DNA from: a virus
IMG/VR virus record: IMGVR_UViG_3300013094_004547
Coordinates: 1-64,000 of that record
Direction: 5' to 3' (one strand)
Length of the DNA: 64,000 nucleotides
Part shown: piece after piece, positions 34,918-43,584 of the stretch
How the letters are laid out: each line of letters starts with the position of its first letter
How positions within the stretch are numbered: position 1 is the first letter of the stretch
Program-made: the position numbers and the translations under genes
The notes under the pieces: generated by a model
The model's input: the letters and a program-made list of their open reading frames with translations, nothing else
Database searches by the model: none
What the model was told of the DNA's origin: nothing

Positions 34918-35601
34918 TCAGTTCTTCTTCGGATCGGGCTTGCCGCCGAGGCGACGGAAGAAGGCCGCGCCCTCCTCGACCTCGCGCTGGAAGGCGGCCT
35001 TCGAGCCGGAACGGGCGACATCGCGGCCGATTTCCTCGGTGCCGTTGCCGGCGAGGGTCTCATTGCCGCGGGCCTCCTGCTTCTTCAGCATCCGCTCGAG
35101 CAGGATCTCGCCGAAGCGCTTGGACGAGGTGCCCTGATTGATGTGCTTGCGCCCGAGCTTGGGCAGGCCGGCGCGCTCGGCCATCTCGGTGATCCGGGCG
35201 GAGCGGACGCGCTCGGCCTTCACCGCAGCTTCGGCAGCGCGACGGGCGGCCTTGGCGCCGTTGGCGGCGCGCTCGGCTTCTTCCTCGTCGGCATCCTCGT
35301 CGTCGCCGTCGCCACGATCCTCGTCGTCGCCAGCGTCGTCGTCGGCATCCCGCTCGTCGTCACCATCGGCATCGCCGTCCTTCTTGCCCTCGTCGCCGGT
35401 GCTCACCTCGTCCTCGTCCTCGTCGCGGTCGGCCTCGTCCTCATCTTCGGACTCCTCCGCATCGCGCTTGGCGCGCTCGGCGGCGGCGCGGCGGGCTTCC
35501 GCCTGGCGCTTCTTCTCGGCCTCGATCTCGGCCGCGGACTTGCTGCTGCGGTTGCCCTTCGGGGCGGACTTGGCGGGGGACTTACCGGTGCGGTTGGCCA
35601 T
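34918..35601 (-). CDS. Nested in-frame scaffolding protein (Nu3-like)
   Basis: CAGGAGACCACC-ATG internal start; AERVRSARI scaffold motif. Confidence 0.65.
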   Translation of the reverse strand: MANRTGKSPAKSAPKGNRSSKSAAEIEAEKKRQAEARRAAAERAKRDAEESEDEDEADRDEDEDEVSTGDEGKKDGDADGDDERDADDDAGDDEDRGDGDDEDADEEEAERAANGAKAARRAAEAAVKAERVRSARITEMAERAGLPKLGRKHINQGTSSKRFGEILLERMLKKQEARGNETLAGNGTEEIGRDVARSGSKAAFQREVEEGAAFFRRLGGKPDPKKN

Positions 35602-36360
35602 GGTGGTCTCCTGGGCGGCCGTGGACTTCGTCCTGGAGGCCGTGCTGCGGGTCACGATCAGGCAGGAGGAGCGGGCCAGCGCCTCGCCCTCGTCGCCCTC
35701 TGCGGATCGGATCTGTGAGCCGGCATCGGCCGGCACGGGGACGGCGCTGATCTCCAGCGGCTCCCAGTCGACGACGTCGTGGCGGGCGACACTGCCGTCG
35801 TCGGCCTCGGTCTTGACCACCTTGTGCAGCCAGTACCCGACCGAGATGTTGCGGATCACGCCCTCGCGGATCTTCTGCACGGTGTCGGCGACGCCGGGGG
35901 CGGCCGAGAGCAGGATCGTCGCGATGCCGCGCCCGTCCTCGATCTTGGCGGTGCCGGGCACCACCGCGCCGATGACGTTGTCGAGGCAGTGGGTCGCGTG
36001 GGTGTCGACGAAGGCCGCGCCCGCGTTCAGGCGATCGAGCCGGACCGCGCCCGGCTCCATCGAGAGGACCTCGTCGTACTCCTCACCGTCCCACCACGAG
36101 AAGCGGCGAACGCTCGCCCCCGTGCTCCAGACGATCTCGACCGTGTTGGCTTTGGCGTCGAAGCTTTCCGGGCGCACGCTGGCGTCCCGGTGCACGGGCG
36201 GCAGCCGCACCACGTTGTCGTCGCTCGAGCCGGACGAGCGCTGCCCGGTTCGGGCGGGAGAGCTCCGGCTCGTCCCCGGGGCTGATCTCCCGGTCCGGTT
36301 GCTGGAGGCCGGCGACGTTCGTGACGCGCGGGTCGGAGTCGAGGACAATGCCGAGGTCAT
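34918..36360 (-). CDS. Prohead protease fused to scaffold (start uncertain)
   Basis: VRLDRLN.GA..VDTH, RNISVGY, DWEPLEISAVPVPAD; acidic coiled-coil C-half. Confidence 0.85.
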   Translation of the reverse strand: MTSALSSTPTRASRTSPASSNRTGRSAPGTSRSSPARTGQRSSGSSDDNVVRLPPVHRDASVRPESFDAKANTVEIVWSTGASVRRFSWWDGEEYDEVLSMEPGAVRLDRLNAGAAFVDTHATHCLDNVIGAVVPGTAKIEDGRGIATILLSAAPGVADTVQKIREGVIRNISVGYWLHKVVKTEADDGSVARHDVVDWEPLEISAVPVPADAGSQIRSAEGDEGEALARSSCLIVTRSTASRTKSTAAQETTMANRTGKSPAKSAPKGNRSSKSAAEIEAEKKRQAEARRAAAERAKRDAEESEDEDEADRDEDEDEVSTGDEGKKDGDADGDDERDADDDAGDDEDRGDGDDEDADEEEAERAANGAKAARRAAEAAVKAERVRSARITEMAERAGLPKLGRKHINQGTSSKRFGEILLERMLKKQEARGNETLAGNGTEEIGRDVARSGSKAAFQREVEEGAAFFRRLGGKPDPKKN

Positions 36361-37738
36361 CGCACTTGGTGTTCCAGTCGTTGATCTCGTCGAGCACGTC
36401 GTCCGGGTTGCGCCCGGTCTCCGACACCACGTCCTGGTAGGAGCGGATGCCGGTACGCATCGCGAGCTGGGCTGCCTGGGCGTCCGCCATCGGGTCGACC
36501 CACTCGAATTTCGGGGGCGCCCACTGCACGGGGATCACGGGCTCGTCGATCACGCCCGCGAGGAACGCGATCTCGCACCACCATTCCCAGATCGGCTGGA
36601 GGGCCAGCTGGATCAGGATGTGCCACTGGATGGTGCGCAGCAGGCGGCGGAACTCGACGAGGCCGCCGCGCATGGAGCTGAAGTTGACTTTGGAGAGGTC
36701 GTTGGAGACCAGCTCGTAGGGCACGCGGTAGCCGGCCGCGATCGTCTGCAGCTGGCTGACTTTGTATTCGCCGTAGCCACCGACCGCATTCGGGGCGTTG
36801 AATTTGATGTCCTTGCCGCCGCGCAGGCGGGCGATCATGCCTGGCTCGAACTTCTCGTAGACCGAGCCGTCGGCCGCCAGGACCTGGGGCGCGATCGACT
36901 CGTCCTCGGCGTCCTCGGCGTCGACGACGAAGCCGGCGATGCACGCCTCGGTGCGCTTGCGGGTGATCTCCGCGAGCTCGTAGTCGGCGAGCAGCTGCAG
37001 GTTCTCGATCGCAGGCGTGCCCCAGGGGACGCCGCGCGTCTGGGTCCGCTGCAGCTCGTAGACGTGCAGCACCTCGTCGGCCGGCACTGGTGCCGAGACG
37101 GTCGGCTCGCCGGTGTTGATCCAGAGGTTGCCCGGGTGCTGCGGGTAGAGCCAGTAGGCCGACCGCTTGCGGGTCTTGATGTCGACCTCGACGCCCTGGA
37201 TCGCGATCGTCCCGGGTGTCAGCATCCCGTTGCGGGCCGGGTCGCCGAAGTCGGCTTCGAGGAGCTGCAGCTCCAGCGGCACGTCGCCGGTACCGATCTT
37301 CTTGCGCAGGCGCTTGCGGACCAGGACCTCGCCGCCCTCGATCATCTCGCGGCAGAGCAGCGTCTGCAGGCCGTAGAAGTCGAGCTGGCCAGCCGCGTCG
37401 CACCGGAACGACCAGCGCTCGAAGGCCTCGCGGATCCGCTTGTCCTTCGCCTTGTTGCCGGTCACCGGGCGGGGGACGATGCCCTCGCCGACGATGTTCG
37501 AGACGAGCGACGCGACCGCCTTGGCCGCGTACGGGTTGTTCCGGACGAGGTAGCGGGACCGGTCGCGCAGCGTGCGCGCGCTCCCGAAGATCTCGGTGTC
37601 CGCCGACGCGAACCGCGTCAGCCACGGCTCGCGCAGGCGCGTCGAAGCGGCGGCATCGTAGCTGCGGGCCATCTTGCCCGGGATGCCGCGCTCGGGGCGC
37701 GGCGCTGGCCCGGGGGCCGCCTTCCTGAGGGCGGCCAT
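36083..37738 (-). CDS. Portal protein (lambda family)
   Basis: LRDRSRYLVRNNPYA, QTRGVPW, DLSKVNFSSMR, WVDP. Confidence 0.93.
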   Translation of the reverse strand: MAALRKAAPGPAPRPERGIPGKMARSYDAAASTRLREPWLTRFASADTEIFGSARTLRDRSRYLVRNNPYAAKAVASLVSNIVGEGIVPRPVTGNKAKDKRIREAFERWSFRCDAAGQLDFYGLQTLLCREMIEGGEVLVRKRLRKKIGTGDVPLELQLLEADFGDPARNGMLTPGTIAIQGVEVDIKTRKRSAYWLYPQHPGNLWINTGEPTVSAPVPADEVLHVYELQRTQTRGVPWGTPAIENLQLLADYELAEITRKRTEACIAGFVVDAEDAEDESIAPQVLAADGSVYEKFEPGMIARLRGGKDIKFNAPNAVGGYGEYKVSQLQTIAAGYRVPYELVSNDLSKVNFSSMRGGLVEFRRLLRTIQWHILIQLALQPIWEWWCEIAFLAGVIDEPVIPVQWAPPKFEWVDPMADAQAAQLAMRTGIRSYQDVVSETGRNPDDVLDEINDWNTKCDDLGIVLDSDPRVTNVAGLQQPDREISPGDEPELSRPNRAALVRLERRQRGAAAARAPGRQRAPGKLRRQSQHGRDRLEHGGERSPLLVVGR

Positions 37739-37739
37739 G

Positions 37740-37979
37740 CTAGTACCCGCCGTAGCCCGACCCGCGGGTCCGGTAGCCGTTCGAGAAGCCCGCCACGCCG
37801 GCGACCGCGCGGCTCTGGCCGTTGGCCTTGGCCTGCTGCCGCTTCAGGTAGGCGATGACCTGGATCATCTCCTTGAAGGAGCGATACGAAGCACTCTTGC
37901 CTTCGTAGGCCACCGACAGGACGCCCTGCGCGAGCGCGGCCTCCATCGCCGCGATCTGCGCCGTGTGGTCTACAGCCAT
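37740..37979 (-). CDS. gpW-like head-tail joining protein
   Basis: MAVDHTAQIAAMEAALAQGVLSVAYEGKSASYRS; between terminase and portal. Confidence 0.82.
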   Translation of the reverse strand: MAVDHTAQIAAMEAALAQGVLSVAYEGKSASYRSFKEMIQVIAYLKRQQAKANGQSRAVAGVAGFSNGYRTRGSGYGGY

Positions 37980-40012
37980 GACGAGCGCCTGATCCGGGGT
38001 GCAGCCGCGGCGGGTGCCGGCGGCGGTGGTGGCGGTGCGGGCCGCGGCGCCGGAGCTGGAGCTGCGGGTGCAGCCGGGGCGGCGTCGGCGATCGGAAGAG
38101 CCTCGTCGGGCTCCTCGGCGGCTGCGCCCGTGTTGGAGCGTTCGGGCGCGTCGGGCATCTTGCCCAGCGCCACGTACCGGCGTGACTGGCTCTGGAGCCC
38201 GCAGACGGCCGCGTAGGCGTAGACGAAGCACACGCCGGCCTCGTGAGCGGCCTTCGGCTTCGCCCACTCGGTGTAGCCGAGCCGCTGATGCACCACGAGC
38301 TTCTCGCGGGTGAGCTGCTCGAAGTACTCGGCGTCGATCGGGCGCGAGCCGGCGGCCGGGACCAGCGGGAAGTGGACGTGCCGCGGTCCCGGCTCGATCA
38401 CGGTCAGCGAGCCGTAGGCGAAGTCGCGGGCGGCGTTGCCGCCGATCATGTACCAGGACGAGCCGAGCTTCGTGGACGCGAGCCGCGGCCAGACCTTGGT
38501 GCGGCTGCCGCGCGCCTCGTTCTTGCCCTTGATCGCCCACACCCGGCGCTTCCGGCGCTCGGTGCAGAACGCGTAGACCTCGGACGTATGGTGGCCGCCG
38601 GAGTCGATGGCGGCCGCCTTCACGCGCAGCTCGGTCCCGTCCCCCTTGCGGAAGGTCCGCTTCAGGAGCGCGTCGAGCGCCTTCCAGACACCGGGCTCGG
38701 CCGGGTCGCCCATGAGCACGAAGTGGCCGATCAGGGCGCATTCCAGCCCCGGGCCCCAGCCCCAGACCGCCGCCTCGACACGCCCGTTGGCGCCGGACTG
38801 AACGTCGCCGCCCAGCGTCAGGAAACTCACGAAGTCCGGGACCTCGGCACCGTACTCGCCCCGCCGGTCGAGGAAGGCGGACGGCTCGATCTCCTGACCG
38901 AAGGTCTGCCGATGGACGCGGCCGAGGACGTTGTTGTTGAACGTCTGGACCTTGCCGGCCGGGTCGGTCAGCGCCTCCAGCCATTCTTGGACGATCATCG
39001 TCCAGGCGGCGTTCGCGTTGAGCGACATGCCGGTCCAGAGGTGGAAGCCGGCGTGAGGCGTCTTCGGAGTGGCGGTCGGCTGCCAGACGCCGCGGGCGTC
39101 CATCCAGGCCTTGCGGGCCTCGTCTATGATGCAGCCGCAGGTGCCCTGGTACCAGACGGACTTGAGCGAACCGTCGGGGCCGAGGTCGTACTTGATCCCG
39201 TGGGTCGTGCCCTTGCCGCCCCAGTCGAGGTACTGCAGCTCCTTGCACTGCGGGCATGGCACGAAGTAGCGCCGCTGGTCGGAGGCGAGCCAGCGCTGCC
39301 AGATCCGGCTGGTCGACTCTAACAGCGGCGTCGAGCCGACGATCTGCTTGCGGTTGTAGAAGGTCTCGCCGCGGGTCCAGAACAGCTTGAGCTTGTCGCC
39401 CTGGCTGCCCGCGCCCGGCGTCCAGCCGTCGGCGTCGAGCTCGTCACCGATCTGGAAACGGGCGGAGTAGCGCCGGAACGCGTCGTCGGCCGCCGCGCCC
39501 ACGATGCGCACGAGCGCGCCGTTCGAGAGCTGGAAGAACCGATTGCTATCCTGTTTCTCGCCGCGCCGGACCGGGCGGATCATCCGCGCCAGCACCGGGG
39601 TTTCGCGCAGCATTGGCGCGATCTCGGTGGCGCCAAACTCCTCCGCGTCGCCCATCACCGGCTGCGCCAGTGCGCACAGCGTCGGATCCTGGTGGAGGTG
39701 GTACCCGATCGCGAGGGTCGCGCAGCGCGAGTAGCCGACGCGCGCCGCCTTCAGGACGGAGACGAGCGGGATCTCCGGATCGCAGAACGCGTCCATGAGG
39801 CCGCGCTGGTAGCCGTAGAGGGTGACCGGACCGCTCTCGGCCCCGGTCGACTTCGGGATCCGCCCGTATCGCTCGGCCCACTCCGAGCCGCTCATGCGCG
39901 GCTTGAAGGCAAGGGCGTCGTCGAACAGGGCGTCGAGGGACCGGCGCGCGGCCTCGTGCCCGGCGGGGTACTCACCCCTCCGGTGCTGGCTGATCCTCTC
40001 CGCTGGTGTCAT
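37970..40012 (-). CDS. Terminase large subunit (lambda GpA family)
   Basis: KAARVGYS, DELD, GSTP, SDQRRYFVPCPQC, GGDVQ, IDSGG, AIKG. Confidence 0.95.
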   Translation of the reverse strand: MTPAERISQHRRGEYPAGHEAARRSLDALFDDALAFKPRMSGSEWAERYGRIPKSTGAESGPVTLYGYQRGLMDAFCDPEIPLVSVLKAARVGYSRCATLAIGYHLHQDPTLCALAQPVMGDAEEFGATEIAPMLRETPVLARMIRPVRRGEKQDSNRFFQLSNGALVRIVGAAADDAFRRYSARFQIGDELDADGWTPGAGSQGDKLKLFWTRGETFYNRKQIVGSTPLLESTSRIWQRWLASDQRRYFVPCPQCKELQYLDWGGKGTTHGIKYDLGPDGSLKSVWYQGTCGCIIDEARKAWMDARGVWQPTATPKTPHAGFHLWTGMSLNANAAWTMIVQEWLEALTDPAGKVQTFNNNVLGRVHRQTFGQEIEPSAFLDRRGEYGAEVPDFVSFLTLGGDVQSGANGRVEAAVWGWGPGLECALIGHFVLMGDPAEPGVWKALDALLKRTFRKGDGTELRVKAAAIDSGGHHTSEVYAFCTERRKRRVWAIKGKNEARGSRTKVWPRLASTKLGSSWYMIGGNAARDFAYGSLTVIEPGPRHVHFPLVPAAGSRPIDAEYFEQLTREKLVVHQRLGYTEWAKPKAAHEAGVCFVYAYAAVCGLQSQSRRYVALGKMPDAPERSNTGAAAEEPDEALPIADAAPAAPAAPAPAPRPAPPPPPPAPAAAAPRIRRSSWL

Positions 40013-40580
40013 CGACGGTGACGCGCTCCCCGAACCACCGCGCCGCGATCTCCTCGCGTGCGGCCTTGAAGGCGCGGTTCGTCTCCGCGCGCACCATCCC
40101 CTCGATCTCGGGGGCGCTGGTGATCGTCGTGGCCCGGGCCGCGATCTTGGCGGCCATGTTCGACAGGCCGGTCTTCAGGACCTGGCAGAAGGTCGAAAGG
40201 TCGTTGACCGCGTCGTGGCGCGAGACGACCGTCTTCAGCGCCTCGTCTGCGTCGATCTCCGCGCGGATGGCGTTGGCCACCGCGCGTCGGCGGTCAGCCT
40301 CTTCCTTGGTGATCTGCCCAGCCTCGCCCTGGCAGCTCGCCACCGCGTTCTGCACGGCGCGGGACATGCGCCACTCGACCACTTCGGAGAGCGACAGCTC
40401 CCACTCGATGCCACGGTCCCGGTCGGCCCGTTGGATGACCGGGCACCCGTCGTCGATCCACTTCGAGACGGTGTTGCGATGGACGTCGAGCAGCGCCGCG
40501 ATCCGCATCAGGCTGAAGGGCCCGCGCAGGTTTTCGACGCTGCCCGGCGAGGGGGGTGCTGATGCTGCCATCGATTTCAA
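39972..40580 (-). CDS. Terminase small subunit (Nu1-like)
   Basis: wHTH IAALLDVHRNTVSKWIDDGCP, then coiled coil. Confidence 0.85.
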   Translation of the reverse strand: MKSMAASAPPSPGSVENLRGPFSLMRIAALLDVHRNTVSKWIDDGCPVIQRADRDRGIEWELSLSEVVEWRMSRAVQNAVASCQGEAGQITKEEADRRRAVANAIRAEIDADEALKTVVSRHDAVNDLSTFCQVLKTGLSNMAAKIAARATTITSAPEIEGMVRAETNRAFKAAREEIAARWFGERVTVDDTSGEDQPAPEG

Positions 40581-40601
40581 AAATTCTCAGAGGGTGAACC
40601 A

Positions 40602-40648
40602 GTGGGGTCCGAATTCCCCTCACCGCCACCCCCCTCCCGGAAGGACCC
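40602..40648 (-). other. Putative cos site: cosQ GGGTCCT (40642-40648) and cosN-like dyad (40602-40623)
   Basis: cosQ identical to lambda; 23 nt later GGGAATTCGGAC within the hyphenated dyad GTGAG...CCCAC, just upstream of terS. Confidence 0.65.
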
Positions 40649-40738
40649 TGGATTTGGCCAGGGTGGGGGCAGGGGTCGGCCCATGGGGCCGGATGGTCCT
40701 CTCGTCGCCTGCGCGGGCCGCCGGCGGCCCCGAGCGGA

Positions 40739-41482
40739 TCAACCCTTCCGGCGCACGTCGTTGACGACGAACCGCTCCCAGCCCGCCCGGAAGTGCTTCC
40801 GGTAGGCGACGGGCACCACGGCGCCCGCCTTCTCGTAGTAGGGGAACCGCTTCGAGTAGCTGACGCCCTTCACGAACAGGAAGATCGGGACCGCAAACTT
40901 GTCCTTCTGCAGGTAGATGCCGTTCGGCGCCTTCCCGTGGTCGCGGAAGACGACGTACTCGACGTTCCGCCCGGCGTTCCGGCGCTTTGAGCGCGCGGTG
41001 GTGTTCTGATGCCGGTCGGACTGGGCGCCGACCGCCGAGAGCATGCGGGTAATGAAGGCGCCCGACACGTTCCCGTTGCCGTCGCGCGGGCAGCGCGTGC
41101 TGGGCACGGCGAACTCGCCCGCGAGCATCAGACCCTTGCGGATCAGCAGGACCTCGAACCGCTTGTGGCGGCGTGTGCCGCCGGCGACCTGCGGGCCCAG
41201 ATACTTCCAGGCCGGGATCGAGCCGTTGCCTTCCTTAAAGCCGAGCTCCGCCTGGAGGCGTCGCTTCGTGGCTGGCCGGACCATAAGGCTGTTGAGCGTG
41301 AAGTTCGACGGCTGGTCGAACACAGACCGCATGGTCTCGCGCTCGGCCTCGCGGGCATCCTTCATCGCGTTGGTCAGCGCGAAGGCAGCGACGAAGGGGA
41401 CTTGCTTGGCGGCGCGCCCGACGGCCTCGGCCTTCAGACCGAACTCGCTGGCATCGAGCTTGAGCACCGGCTCACCGTCCAA
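40739..41482 (-). CDS. Conserved phage protein upstream of cos (minor tail Z-like)
   Basis: QVPFVAAFALT...FDQP..FTLNS...YL.PQV.GG.R..KRFE. Confidence 0.7.
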   Translation of the reverse strand: MDGEPVLKLDASEFGLKAEAVGRAAKQVPFVAAFALTNAMKDAREAERETMRSVFDQPSNFTLNSLMVRPATKRRLQAELGFKEGNGSIPAWKYLGPQVAGGTRRHKRFEVLLIRKGLMLAGEFAVPSTRCPRDGNGNVSGAFITRMLSAVGAQSDRHQNTTARSKRRNAGRNVEYVVFRDHGKAPNGIYLQKDKFAVPIFLFVKGVSYSKRFPYYEKAGAVVPVAYRKHFRAGWERFVVNDVRRKG

Positions 41483-41545
41483 CGGTGATGGTCTTCACCT
41501 TGCCCGAGACAGGGTCGAGGATCGTCAGCGTCTGGGCGGCCATGG

Positions 41546-41815
41546 TCAGCAGGCCTGCATCGGTTGCGGAACGTTGCGGGCCTGCTGCACCAGGCGCGTG
41601 GCCGGGCGCTCGACCGTGAGCTCGGCGGCGTTGTCGAGGACCAGGACGGTCACGTCCTGGACGCCGGCGGCCGCACACATGCGGATCAGATCGTCCTGCC
41701 AGCGCGCGGCCGTGGCCGGCTGCAGCTTCTGGGACGTGCGCAGCACCAGGATATCGCCGTGACGGACCTCAAGGCGATCCAGCTGGCGATCGAGATCTTC
41801 GGACAAAAGGTTCAC
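41546..41815 (-). CDS. Hypothetical protein
   Basis: GTG start overlaps the recombinase stop (GTGA); LEVRHGDILVL. Confidence 0.55.
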   Translation of the reverse strand: MNLLSEDLDRQLDRLEVRHGDILVLRTSQKLQPATAARWQDDLIRMCAAAGVQDVTVLVLDNAAELTVERPATRLVQQARNVPQPMQAC

Positions 41816-42708
41816 CGGACTATGCGGGCGTGGCTGCCCGGGCGGTTGACGTGGGTCACGGCGCCGTCCGTCACGAAGACGTACTCGACCTTGCCCGAAT
41901 ATACTTGGTTGTTGAGCAGGTAGCTCACGTTCGAAGGCCACCAGCGCTTGCCCTTCGGCGACGGCACGCCGTCGGCGTTCAGGCCGTCGGCGATCGCCTT
42001 GAGGGTCCGGCCGGCACCGTTCTCGTCGAAGATCCGGCGCACGATCGGCGCACGCTCGACGTCGATCAGCAGGCCGCCCTTCCCATCCGACAGGTAGCCG
42101 TACGGGATGACACCGCCGGCGAACCCGCCGCGGCCGGCCTTCTGCATCCGGCCACCTTTGGTGCGCTCAATGATGACCGAACGCTCCTGCTCGGCCATTG
42201 CCGAGAGGACGCCGAAGATGAGCTTGCCCGAGGGCGAGCCCGTGTCGATCGCCTCGGTGACCGAGCGGATTGTCACGCCGTGCATCGTGTCGAGCTCAGC
42301 CGACGTGGTGACCGCCAGGGCGATGTTGCGCGCCAGGCGGTCGAAGCGTTTCACCAGCAGCACGCTGAAGCGCCGATCGGCGGCGAGCTGCAGGACTTGG
42401 CTGAAGCCTGGCCGCTCGGCCGGCTTCACCGTTCCGGAGACCCCGGGGTCGGCCAGGACCTGGACGAGGTCGAGGCCGACGGCCGTGGCGTAGGCGCGGA
42501 TCGCCTGCTCCTGCTCGGGCAGGCTGTTGCCGCGCTGGGCCTGCTCGTCTGTCGACACCCGAAGGTAGCCGACGGCGAGCGCACGGACCTCCTCGCGCTC
42601 GGCCGCCTGGACAGCATTCCTACGGAGCGCGCGCCGGGCGCGGGCGCTACTTGCAGCCACCCGCAAACCCCTGTTTTTGCTAGCGTTTTTCTGACGCCCG
42701 AGCGCCAA
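41812..42708 (-). CDS. Serine recombinase (resolvase catalytic domain plus recombinase DNA-binding domain)
   Basis: GYLRVSTDEQ, DPGVSG, RPG, DRLARN, AEQER..I.ERT..G, PYGY, IADGLN. Confidence 0.92.
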   Translation of the reverse strand: MALGRQKNASKNRGLRVAASSARARRALRRNAVQAAEREEVRALAVGYLRVSTDEQAQRGNSLPEQEQAIRAYATAVGLDLVQVLADPGVSGTVKPAERPGFSQVLQLAADRRFSVLLVKRFDRLARNIALAVTTSAELDTMHGVTIRSVTEAIDTGSPSGKLIFGVLSAMAEQERSVIIERTKGGRMQKAGRGGFAGGVIPYGYLSDGKGGLLIDVERAPIVRRIFDENGAGRTLKAIADGLNADGVPSPKGKRWWPSNVSYLLNNQVYSGKVEYVFVTDGAVTHVNRPGSHARIVR

Positions 42709-42954
42709 TTACTACATCTCAAGAGGTCTAGAAATTGGCCGGTTTGGCGCGCGGTTTGGACGGGCTTGGGCTCGATCCAATAAGTTGACGGAACCACGTC
42801 CGACGACCACCGCGAGCCGCCGGTTCGCGGTCCCGGAGTAGCGCGATTTATTAACAACCAGGGACGGCCCAGCGCGAAGCGTAAAAATTTATAGGTCTGC
42901 TTCGCGGCGACTTATCGGCGGTAGGGCACTATCGCGCTGCTCTAGGAGTAGCCG

Positions 42955-43356
42955 ATGTTCCCTTTTCGCAAAGCCCTCGTCGCAGCCGCTTTCACCGCGC
43001 TGATCCCATCGCCGGTCCTATTCGCCCAAGCTGATCAGGGTCGGCCCGCTTCGACCTCTGATGTGGCGACGCCTAGTCGGGCGTATCCGCTGCGCGTGGA
43101 AAGCACGATGGCCATCAACATTCCCGTAACGGCCGGCGCGGGTACCGAGGAGCAGGTTAAACAGATCGCCGTCGCTCGCGCCTACCTGTATCAGGCAGCG
43201 GCTCAAGATTGCGAAAACCTGAAGCAAGCCTTCAAAGCGGAGTGCCGGTTGCTGAATGTGCGGGTGAACAGCAACGTTCAGTCGAGGGGATCGTCAGGCG
43301 AGACGATGTTCATCAACGTCCAGTCCTCGTACGAGGTGATGATCCGTCCGAACTGA
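42955..43356 (+). CDS. Secreted hypothetical protein (antisense moron)
   Basis: AGGAG RBS, signal peptide, two Cys. Confidence 0.7.
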   Translation: MFPFRKALVAAAFTALIPSPVLFAQADQGRPASTSDVATPSRAYPLRVESTMAINIPVTAGAGTEEQVKQIAVARAYLYQAAAQDCENLKQAFKAECRLLNVRVNSNVQSRGSSGETMFINVQSSYEVMIRPN

Positions 43357-43584
43357 TGGGCAGCGCTATACAGGCTTGAGAGCGTTCGCACCTTAAGCGG
43401 CAAATGCTCGGGCAAAGCCCAATGCGAACCGGCGGTACCAGGCGCGGAGCATCATTCGTCCCGCAGGATCCGGCCCCACTCGGCGAGCAGGGCCATCGGC
43501 AGCTGGTAGTTCGCCTCGATGATAAGGGTCGCTGCGGCCGCGTAGATGCCGATCAGGGACCAGAGATCGAGGTGAGCCGGCGGG

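Noticed and set aside
35138-37858. 906-aa plus-strand ORF and many other long antisense ORFs (e.g. 33-830, 9614-10948, 25923-27188)
   Set aside because: Shadow ORFs opposite well-supported genes in high-GC DNA; low-complexity Ser/Arg/Ala translations with no motifs
37980-39257. 505-aa version of the gpW-like ORF
   Set aside because: The extension overlaps terL out of frame; the real gene is 37740-37979
41812-42708. Serine recombinase as the prophage integrase or an IS607 transposase
   Set aside because: Lacks the Zn-ribbon/coiled coil of large serine integrases and the N-terminal HTH and tnpB of IS607; lies mid-prophage
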